Source: an uncultured Clostridium sp. (GTDB taxonomy: Bacteria > Bacillota > Clostridia > Oscillospirales > CAG-272). Taken from it: a stretch of 64,000 nt of DNA. Below are positions 10,782 to 17,980 of the stretch, one piece after another. Location of the stretch: NCBI GenBank assembly GCA_964463245.1, contig CAYXBU010000001.1, positions 36,554-100,553 of the forward strand, given 5' to 3'. How positions within the stretch are numbered: position 1 is the first letter of the stretch; each line of letters starts with the position of its first letter. The translations under genes were made by a program, and so were the position numbers. The notes beneath the pieces are model-generated. The model saw nothing but the letters and a program-made list of their open reading frames with translations, made no database searches and was not told where the DNA came from.

Positions 10782-10810
10782 TTGACATTCATGCGAAAAT
10801 GATATATAAT
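10782..10810 (+). promoter_or_regulatory. sigma-A type promoter of lipoprotein 3
   Basis: TTGACA 10782-10787, a 17-nt spacer, TATAAT 10805-10810. A/T tracts lie upstream (10745-10780). GAGGAGG RBS at 10827-10833, 7 nt before ATG 10841. Confidence 0.75.
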
Positions 10811-10840
10811 AAGTTATCTTTTTTCCGAGGAGGCATTTGT

Positions 10841-13800
10841 ATGAAAAAGAGAATATCTCTCGTCCTGCTTTTGTCCGTACTGGTGCTGGCACTGGCTCTG
10901 TTTGCCGTTGCTTGCTCTGATGACGGCGAGGGCGAGACCGGCACGTCCACCGAGTCTGCGGTCGTGACCGAGACCCCGACCGAGACTCCCACCGAGGCTC
11001 CGACCGAGACTCCGACTGAGCCTGTGGAGACTCCCACCGAGTCTGCAGAGACTCCCACCGAGACCCCGACCGAGGCTCCCACCGAGACCCCGACCGAGGC
11101 TCCGACTGCGGCTCCCACCGAGGCTCCCACCGAGCCCGCGACCGAGCCTGCAACTGAGCCTGCAACCGAGCCCGACAGCTATGCCGACGGCATGAAGGCA
11201 TGGTACGAGGGCAAGGGCGAGGGAACCACATGGAAGGACCTTGTCGGCAGCAACGACATGACCGTCACCATCGACGATAAGAACTACTTTACCGAAGATG
11301 GCTTCTTTGTGGATTCCACCCAGCACTACTTCCCGCAGGAGATCGTTGACATGGTCAACGGCAGAACCTTCACGGTAGAGATCCTGCTGAGCGACATCGT
11401 TTCCAAGGGCGGAAACTACAATACCCTGCTGAACAGTAAGAACGACAACCTGTCCCTGTATCAAATGACCACCGATGGTAAGCTGTACCTCAAGTGGGCG
11501 CAGAGCGGTCAGCCCAGACCGACGACTGCGGCCGATGTCAGCGACCTGCTGGAGAACGATACCCTGATCACCATCACCTACAATGCAGACGGTAAGGTCT
11601 CCATGTACATCAACGGTGAGCTGATCGCCGCTTCCGACTGCGGCGGTAAGATCATGGGCGCGGATAACCTGTTCATCGGCCATGAGCATGAGCAGAAGGT
11701 GTTCAGCGGCATTTACAAGTCCATCCGCTTCTACGATCGTGAGCTGACCGCCGCTGAGGTCATGAACAACAAGCTCTACGACGAGGTTCGCAAGAACCAG
11801 CCCAAGCAGCTGTGGACACCGATCTCTTCCACCGCTATGTCTGCCGATACCTACTACGAGGACGGCACGACCATGAAGGACGGTCAGGCTCAGGCATGGC
11901 TGGCCGAGAATCGCGCTGACGGTATCAAGGGCGTGAACAACATCATGTTCCGCGGCTGGGCCGGCATCGGCGATAAGGAGATCGCTGCGTACGGCTACGC
12001 ATTCGATGAGGATCTGGAGGGTGCTGTCTGGAGTGCCGACTTCATCAAGGATGCTGAGGATGCTGTTAAGGCCGCTGCCGGCAGCGAGTTCGCTACCCGC
12101 TATGAGATCCTGGTGGATCTGTCCGTGGTTCCCGAGAACGAGACCCATGTCCTGCACCTGCTGGTGAAGGCCACCGACGGCTCCGTCTTCGAGCTGGCGA
12201 ACTGGAATACCATCGAGATCAAGGTCACGGGTAATCAGGCCGCGCCCAAAGGTGTCTCCTTCGACGACTTCAAGGCCGGTGCTACCGAGTACCACAACAC
12301 CGCCGCTACCGGCAACTGCTTCGTGCAGCTGGAGGCCGCGAACAACACCGTGACCGTTCCCGCCGGCGGAAACCATGATTCCGTGTACTTCCGCGGCTGG
12401 ATCGGCTTTAACCAGGCCATGACCCAGATCGGCTATGCCATCGACGGCGGTGAGATCGTCTGGGACGACTTCTTCAAGAACACCGAGGATGCTGTCAAGG
12501 GTGCGGGCGGCGAGTTCGCACAGCGATTCGAGGTAACGGTTCCCACGGCTGAACTGGCGGCCGGTACTCATACCGTTGCCTGCATCATCGAGCTGGAGGA
12601 CGGGCGAGTCTATGTCTTCTCCGAGATCACGCTGGTGATCGAGCAGGCTACCATCGACAGCTATGTCGGTACCTGGTACGACATGGATAAGCAGATCCTG
12701 ATCACGGTCGCCGCTGATGGTACCGTCACCGGCACCAATGTCGCCTCTGCCGCGCTGAACGACGACGGCGCGCTGGTCGTGAAGACCAACGAGCGCATGG
12801 AGAGCTACACTCTGACCCCCGCTGCCGACGGCAAGAGCGTGAACGTGGATCACGCCTTTGATCCCTACGGCGACGGCTACGACATCGACCATGAGAGCTT
12901 CACCCTGACCAAGCTGGAGGCCACCGGCCTCGGCGGTTCCTACCGTCAGGACAAGAACACCTACCTGATCGTGGCGGACAACGGTGTCATCACCAAGGTC
13001 GGCTCTGCTGACTCCGACGCGCCTTACTTCGGTCTGGTCGTGGCGGATGCCGAGGGCAACGGCGTGACCGTGACCTATAAGTCCAGCAGCTACTCCAAGC
13101 TGTACAGCTTCCACGCTGTCAAGGACGAGAAGGGCAACCTGGTTCTGGACGGCAACGCAGGTCTGTATGTGGCTGACACGACCGACTTTGCAAGCTACTA
13201 CTGCTCCGAGACCGGCGAGTACCTGTATGTCTTCACGGTCGGCGAGACCTCTGTCATCGTCTACCGCGAGAAGCTGGACGAGGGCTATGCCTACGCCTAC
13301 GCTACCGTCGAGGGCACCCTTGCCGACGGCGAGATAATTACCTTCACCGCCGGTGAGAAGACCGGCACCGTCAAGCTGGCCGGCGGCTACATGAGCTACG
13401 CCTCCGCTGAGGCGGGCAGCTACACCGTCGGTGATAAGACCGCGACTCTGGACGGCTTCGGCACCATGACAATGGATGGTCAGACCTATGCCTACACCGT
13501 TGCAGGCGACCTGTTGACCGCTGAGGGTCTGGGCATCTACAAGCTGGATGTCGAGGCAAAGACCCTGACGGCCGCTGCCGAGATCGGCTATGCCGGTACC
13601 TACGACTACTGGGTGGATTACGCGTGGAACGAGAAGTACACCCTGAAGCTGGACGGCTACGGCACCGCGACCCTGATCTACTCCGCCTCCTACGGCGACA
13701 CCACCTATGTCGGTTCCTACACCGTTGTGGACGGCAAGCTGACCATCGCAGATTGCAACTACTCCTTCAACGGCGAGTGGACGCTGACCCATGACGGCAA

Positions 13801-15850
13801 CGCCATGGAGAAGACCTCCTGGGGTACGCTGTATCAGTTGGTCAAGACGGACTATGAGCCGACCATTGATGATTCCGTGTTCTTCGGCTACTGGCAGAAC
13901 GGCGATGTGATCCTCCACATCTACGAGGAGGAGGGTATGCTGTGGCTGGATGGCTTCGGCGTGACCTCCAAGCGGCCTTACCACTCCTGGGACGGTGCAG
14001 TCCTGATGTTCGAGGCGGCTGACGATTGCGCGATCCTGGAGAGCAAGCCCACCGTCATCTACATGATCTCCCTGCAGGACGGCAAGCTGTGCATCACGCA
14101 TGATTGCACCAACGGCTTCGACGACGACGGCTATGTGGCTACCGAGCCTGTGACCGTGACCTACGAGGCTGCCGAGGCTCCCGAGGAGACCTTCGCCTTC
14201 GGTGAGGATGTCATCGGTACCTGGTACAAGGCCGACGGCACCGAGATCGTCGTCACGGCCGACAGCATCACCGTCGGTGGCGTGGTCGGTACCGACTACT
14301 CCATGGAGATGGTATGGGGCTCCTACACCTACTACTTCAGCATCGACGGCGAGGCTTGCCAGCTGTATGCAGGCTGGCCCGAGTCGGGTGCCGGCATCTA
14401 CTACGGTCCGGCGGACAGCTGGGATGTCGAGGAGCTGTACGCAACGGCTCCTGCGGGCGAGAAGGACGAGTTCGCGGGCAAGTGGATCTGCGACAGCCTC
14501 GTTTGGGAGTTTGACGGTCAGGGTACCGCCACCAACGAGGACGGCTACACCTACAGCTACACCGTGGCTGACGGTGTCATCACCTTTGCCAACGCGGCTT
14601 ACACCATCACCGGCTCCATCAACGAGGATGGCGCACTGGCTCTGCACTACGACGACGGCTACGGCGAGGATATCTTTGACAAGGTCTTCACCAAGGAGGA
14701 GTCCGAGGAGCCTGTCGGCGAGCAGATCCCCGAGGAGCTGTGGGGCACCTGGTCCGGTGACACCGAGTGGGCACACTACGACCTGATCATCACGGCTGAC
14801 GGCGCGGATCTGGTTGAGGAGTACGAAGCAGAGTACGCCGTTGCCTACACCTTTGTTTCCTATGTGGACGGTGTCCTGACTCTCAACAGCATGGCATGGG
14901 GTGAGGTGACCCTGACCATCACCGGTGAGAACACCGCTCACTTCTACCAGAACCGCTACACCGAGTTCGACATGGTGCGCGGCGGCGCGACCGGCGGCGA
15001 TGAGGATAAGATCCCCGCTGAGTTCCAGGGCATCTGGGAGTGCGATTTCGATGCATACGGTTCTATTGGTCATGCTATCTGGACCATCACGGGGGACAGC
15101 GTTTCCCTGTATGCCGAGGAGATGGACTTTACCTACCGGTTCGTTTCCTATGCAGACGGCGTTCTGAACCTCTCCTGCGACGGCTTCCCCGCAACCATGA
15201 CCCTGACCGAGACCGGCATCCACTGCGTGGATGACTACTACGGTGAGATGGATCTGGTCAAGTCCGAGGGTGGCTCCGAGCCACAGGCCGGCATCCCCGA
15301 GGAGTTCTACGGCATCTGGGAGGGCGAGATCGATTCCTACGGTTCGACCACGCATGCGGTTTGGACCATCACGGCAGACGGTATCACCCTGTTCGCCGAG
15401 GATGTGTACTACGACTACACCTTTGTTTCCTACACCGACGGTGTTCTGAACCTCAACTGCGAGGGCTTCCCCGCAACCATGACTCTGACCGAGGACGGCA
15501 TCTACTGCGTGGATGACTACTACGGCGAGATGGATCTGACCAAGACCGGCGATGCTCCGGCTCCCGGCACCGAGGCTCAGATCCCCGAGGAGTTCCGGGG
15601 GATGTGGAGCGGTGAGTTCGACTTCTACGGCGAGATGACCACGATCGATCTGGTCATCGCTGACAAGAAGGTCACCATGTACCTGGACGGCGATCTGGAT
15701 TGGCCCACCGTCCTGAACTATGTGTCCTGCGAGGGCAACGTGCTGGTGGTGACCGATTCCATGATGGAGGTCACGCTGACCCTGAACGACGGTACGCTGC
15801 ACTACAGCGACGAGTACTTCGGAGAGTTTGACCTGACTCCGGCTGAGTAA
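10841..15850 (+). CDS. giant surface lipoprotein 3 (1669 aa): PTE linker, LamG-like jelly-roll, two FRGW modules, beta-rich modules, four C-terminal tandem repeats
   Basis: ORF 10685-15850. Start set at ATG 10841 with MKKRISLVLLLSVLVLALALFAVAC-SDDGEG (signal peptide plus lipobox). LamG/Laminin_G_3-like segment ~11180-11770 (...NLFIGHEHEQKVFSGIYKSIRFYDRELTAAEV). TAA stop followed by a strong hairpin. Confidence 0.88.
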   Translation: MKKRISLVLLLSVLVLALALFAVACSDDGEGETGTSTESAVVTETPTETPTEAPTETPTEPVETPTESAETPTETPTEAPTETPTEAPTAAPTEAPTEPATEPATEPATEPDSYADGMKAWYEGKGEGTTWKDLVGSNDMTVTIDDKNYFTEDGFFVDSTQHYFPQEIVDMVNGRTFTVEILLSDIVSKGGNYNTLLNSKNDNLSLYQMTTDGKLYLKWAQSGQPRPTTAADVSDLLENDTLITITYNADGKVSMYINGELIAASDCGGKIMGADNLFIGHEHEQKVFSGIYKSIRFYDRELTAAEVMNNKLYDEVRKNQPKQLWTPISSTAMSADTYYEDGTTMKDGQAQAWLAENRADGIKGVNNIMFRGWAGIGDKEIAAYGYAFDEDLEGAVWSADFIKDAEDAVKAAAGSEFATRYEILVDLSVVPENETHVLHLLVKATDGSVFELANWNTIEIKVTGNQAAPKGVSFDDFKAGATEYHNTAATGNCFVQLEAANNTVTVPAGGNHDSVYFRGWIGFNQAMTQIGYAIDGGEIVWDDFFKNTEDAVKGAGGEFAQRFEVTVPTAELAAGTHTVACIIELEDGRVYVFSEITLVIEQATIDSYVGTWYDMDKQILITVAADGTVTGTNVASAALNDDGALVVKTNERMESYTLTPAADGKSVNVDHAFDPYGDGYDIDHESFTLTKLEATGLGGSYRQDKNTYLIVADNGVITKVGSADSDAPYFGLVVADAEGNGVTVTYKSSSYSKLYSFHAVKDEKGNLVLDGNAGLYVADTTDFASYYCSETGEYLYVFTVGETSVIVYREKLDEGYAYAYATVEGTLADGEIITFTAGEKTGTVKLAGGYMSYASAEAGSYTVGDKTATLDGFGTMTMDGQTYAYTVAGDLLTAEGLGIYKLDVEAKTLTAAAEIGYAGTYDYWVDYAWNEKYTLKLDGYGTATLIYSASYGDTTYVGSYTVVDGKLTIADCNYSFNGEWTLTHDGNAMEKTSWGTLYQLVKTDYEPTIDDSVFFGYWQNGDVILHIYEEEGMLWLDGFGVTSKRPYHSWDGAVLMFEAADDCAILESKPTVIYMISLQDGKLCITHDCTNGFDDDGYVATEPVTVTYEAAEAPEETFAFGEDVIGTWYKADGTEIVVTADSITVGGVVGTDYSMEMVWGSYTYYFSIDGEACQLYAGWPESGAGIYYGPADSWDVEELYATAPAGEKDEFAGKWICDSLVWEFDGQGTATNEDGYTYSYTVADGVITFANAAYTITGSINEDGALALHYDDGYGEDIFDKVFTKEESEEPVGEQIPEELWGTWSGDTEWAHYDLIITADGADLVEEYEAEYAVAYTFVSYVDGVLTLNSMAWGEVTLTITGENTAHFYQNRYTEFDMVRGGATGGDEDKIPAEFQGIWECDFDAYGSIGHAIWTITGDSVSLYAEEMDFTYRFVSYADGVLNLSCDGFPATMTLTETGIHCVDDYYGEMDLVKSEGGSEPQAGIPEEFYGIWEGEIDSYGSTTHAVWTITADGITLFAEDVYYDYTFVSYTDGVLNLNCEGFPATMTLTEDGIYCVDDYYGEMDLTKTGDAPAPGTEAQIPEEFRGMWSGEFDFYGEMTTIDLVIADKKVTMYLDGDLDWPTVLNYVSCEGNVLVVTDSMMEVTLTLNDGTLHYSDEYFGEFDLTPAE
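10966..11172 (+). repeat. in-frame 12-nt periodic repeat encoding a (P-T-E-x)n linker
   Basis: Repeated accgagrcyccsacc units translate as TETPTETPTEAPTETPTEPVETPTESAETPTETPTEAPTETPTEAPTAAPTEAPTEPATEPATEPATEP. The repeat lies entirely inside the CDS frame. Confidence 0.9.
14726..15847 (+). repeat. four tandem ~94-aa coding repeats at the C-terminus of lipoprotein 3
   Basis: Units start at 14726, 15011, 15293 and 15581, each opening IPEELWGTWSG / IPAEFQGIWEC / IPEEFYGIWEG / IPEEFRGMWSG. They end ...YYGEMDL(V/T)K or YFGEFDLTPAE. Units 2 and 3 are also very similar at the DNA level. Confidence 0.9.
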
Positions 15851-15860
15851 TGTAACAAAA

Positions 15861-15888
15861 GGGGCTGACACCCGCGGGTGTCAGCCCC
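15861..15888. terminator. bidirectional intrinsic terminator between lipoprotein 3 and the GNAT gene
   Basis: GGGGCTGACACC, loop CGCG, GGTGTCAGCCCC: a perfect 12-bp stem. AAAA precedes it and TTTCCTT follows. It sits between convergent stops at 15850 and 15894. Confidence 0.85.
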
Positions 15889-15893
15889 TTTCC

Positions 15894-16469
15894 TTATGTA
15901 TCCTGCCATTCGTCCGCCAGCAGGGAGCATCTCCCGATGGTGCGGTAGATACCGTTTACCTTGATGGCATCCCGTGACCAGCCCTCAAAGGTCATCCCGA
16001 CCCGCTCCATCAGGCGGAGGGAGGGGTCATTGCCCTGCATGAATCGCGCCTCGATGCGGTGCAGGTGCAGTTCCCCAAAGCCGAACCCGATGACACGGCG
16101 CACCGCCTCGGTCGCAAAGCCCCGGCCGCCGTACTCCGGGTTAAGCACATACCCGATCTCCCCTGCATCCGCACCGTAATCAAAGGAGGTAAAGCCGCAG
16201 GTGCCGATCATGTGCCCGCTTTCGCGGTGGACGACCGCCCAGTCAAAGAAGTCCCCCGTGCGGTACCGCTGACCGATATAGGTCAGGTACTCGCGGGTGA
16301 AGCCGATGTCCCGATGGGGCGACCAGAGCAGGTAGCGGGTGACATCCTCGCGGCAGGAGTAGGCGTACATATCCTCAGCATCCCGCACCCGCATCCCGCG
16401 CAGGATCAGACGCGGTGTCTCCAAGAGGGGGATGTGGGAAAACAGCTTGAAGATCGTCTCTTTCCTCAT
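15894..16469 (-). CDS. GNAT family N-acetyltransferase (RimJ/RimL-like)
   Basis: 191 aa. GYVLNPEYGGRGFATEAVRRVIGFGFGELHLHRIEARFMQGNDPSLRLMERVGMTFEG matches the acetyl-CoA binding core and RimJ/L-type tail. Confidence 0.85.
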   Translation of the reverse strand: MRKETIFKLFSHIPLLETPRLILRGMRVRDAEDMYAYSCREDVTRYLLWSPHRDIGFTREYLTYIGQRYRTGDFFDWAVVHRESGHMIGTCGFTSFDYGADAGEIGYVLNPEYGGRGFATEAVRRVIGFGFGELHLHRIEARFMQGNDPSLRLMERVGMTFEGWSRDAIKVNGIYRTIGRCSLLADEWQDT

Positions 16470-16501
16470 GAAAAAGCACTCCTTGAAGGGTTAGTTCTTC
16501 T

Positions 16502-16529
16502 ATTATACGCTTTCCCTCGGAAAAAGCAA
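16502..16529 (-). promoter_or_regulatory. candidate promoter of the GNAT gene
   Basis: On the minus strand: TTGCTT, 16 nt, TATAAT, about 30 nt upstream of ATG 16469. Confidence 0.35.
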
Positions 16530-16581
16530 GGGCTTTTTGCCACCATTTTGTAAAAGATTCGCAAATATTCACGCCGTCCTC

Positions 16582-16610
16582 TTGACAATCAGATGACCGC
16601 AGGATATAAT
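16582..16610 (+). promoter_or_regulatory. sigma-A type promoter
   Basis: TTGACA 16582-16587, 17 nt, TATAAT 16605-16610. It lies upstream of the 16657 gene. Confidence 0.7.
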
Positions 16611-16656
16611 AAGACTAAAGCTGTTCGTATAGTTCAACCAAGATCGAAGGGGAGAA

Positions 16657-17262
16657 ATGTATATGCAACTCAAGATCAACGACATCATGATCCCGGGCAC
16701 CCTGCTGACCAAGGCCGAGGCGGGCGGTGTTACCGGACTGGAATTTCTCAACCGTGTCTTTTTCCCCAGTGAGGGTGTCATGCTCTCCCGCATTCGGGAC
16801 GTATCGGGGGTGGACGGCTCCACGCTCCAGAACTGGACGAAGCGCGGATGGGTCGAGAATGCACCTCTGAAACGCTACGGCATTGACCAGGTCGCCAATA
16901 TCCTCATCATCAATATGCTGCGCTCCTGTGTCCGTCTGGATCATATCACCTACCTCATCCGTTACATCAACGGCCGCGTGGACAACCGCAGTGATGACAT
17001 CATCCGTGAGTCGGTACTGTACGATTATATCTGTCGGACGTTGGATCGCTTGATGGAGGAAGAGAACTGCTCGGATGAGTCCATCCGCGCCATCATCGAG
17101 GAGGTGACTGCCTCCTACGAGGAGGTGCGCCCGGGTAGCCGCGAGCGGCTGAACCATGCGCTCTGCATCATTGTCGTTGCGTACTATGCGGTGGTTCTGA
17201 AGCACCATGCCGATGATATGATCTCAGACCTGATGCATCGGAGCGAGGGTATGTTCGAGTGA
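16657..17262 (+). CDS. DUF1836-like protein (possible HTH-containing, function unknown)
   Basis: 201 aa. The segment STLQNWTKRGWVENAPLKRYGIDQVANILIINMLRSCVRLDHITYLIRYI resembles the DUF1836 signature as I recall it. GAAGGGGAG RBS at 16646-16654; the start could be ATG 16657 or 16663. Confidence 0.55.
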   Translation: MYMQLKINDIMIPGTLLTKAEAGGVTGLEFLNRVFFPSEGVMLSRIRDVSGVDGSTLQNWTKRGWVENAPLKRYGIDQVANILIINMLRSCVRLDHITYLIRYINGRVDNRSDDIIRESVLYDYICRTLDRLMEEENCSDESIRAIIEEVTASYEEVRPGSRERLNHALCIIVVAYYAVVLKHHADDMISDLMHRSEGMFE

Positions 17263-17273
17263 GTGGAGGGGTT

Positions 17274-17831
17274 ATGAAGCAATTTTGTCGAAGCCTGCTG
17301 GATGCCGTTGTGTATCTGGTCTATATTTTCCTGTCCTGCCTTGTGGTGCTGCTGGTGGAAGCCCTGCTCCTGTATGTGCTGGACAAATTCGTCCTGCTCT
17401 CTTATCTGACCCAGACCGTGATAAGGCTGGTGATCTACTCGCTGGGTGTCCCCGCGATGATCGGCGTGGCGGGGTATCTGGAGGGGTATCGTGAAGCTGA
17501 GTCCCACCCGGGATGGACGGCATTTTCCTGCGGTCTGGCGGTGCTGGTTCCCCAGCTCCTGCTGGCTCTGCTGTTCCACTTCCGCCAGTTCTGCGCGGGT
17601 GCCGTGCCGTTCGCCGCAGGGCTCTTGCGGGACGGCAAGGCTGTCACGGCGGACAGCATCCTGTTTACCGAGATCGGACAGCTTTGGCTCTTCCTCGGTG
17701 TCTATGTCGGGTATGGCGTCCTGTATGCCGTTACCCTGACGGTCTGCCGTGAGATCGGTGTGTACCGCCGTCTGCGGCAACGCTGCGAGATGGGGCTGAC
17801 ACCGGACGGGAGAGCACACCGGGAATCGTGA
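17274..17831 (+). CDS. hypothetical multi-pass membrane protein
   Basis: ORF 17259-17831. ATG 17274 is preferred (GGAGGGG just upstream); GTG 17259 is the alternative. Several hydrophobic spans (VVYLVYIFLSCLVVLLVEALLLYVL, VIRLVIYSLGVPAMIGVAGYL, LAVLVPQLLLALLF, LWLFLGVYVGYGVLYAVTL). No family recognised. Confidence 0.6.
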   Translation: MKQFCRSLLDAVVYLVYIFLSCLVVLLVEALLLYVLDKFVLLSYLTQTVIRLVIYSLGVPAMIGVAGYLEGYREAESHPGWTAFSCGLAVLVPQLLLALLFHFRQFCAGAVPFAAGLLRDGKAVTADSILFTEIGQLWLFLGVYVGYGVLYAVTLTVCREIGVYRRLRQRCEMGLTPDGRAHRES

Positions 17832-17862
17832 TGTCATCCGATGCGAAATTCCTCGGAAACGG

Positions 17863-17891
17863 TTGACAGAATCCAAAAAAAATAGTATAAT
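17863..17891 (+). promoter_or_regulatory. sigma-A type promoter of lysS
   Basis: TTGACA 17863-17868, 17 nt, TATAAT 17886-17891. The ~85-nt leader contains hairpin ACCACGCGGCTC...GAGCCACGGTGGT. Confidence 0.7.
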
Positions 17892-17980
17892 ATCCCCGAT
17901 ATATACCCATTCAAGAAGTAAATCAACCACGCGGCTCTCTCGCGGAGCCACGGTGGTGCAGTGAAAGGAATCCTATCAAC

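Noticed and set aside
10966-11172. A regularly spaced short repeat that could superficially resemble a CRISPR-like or minisatellite array.
   Set aside because: The period is 12 nt with no unique spacers. It is in frame inside a CDS and encodes a Pro-Thr-Glu linker.
2311-15871. Very long antisense ORFs over the lipoprotein genes (2311-6315, 7830-9944 and 10814-15871, minus strand).
   Set aside because: This is the same GC3 artefact. The products are repetitive G/V/L/H/D/R-rich strings without motifs. The plus-strand products have signal peptides, lipoboxes, recognisable domains and RBSs.
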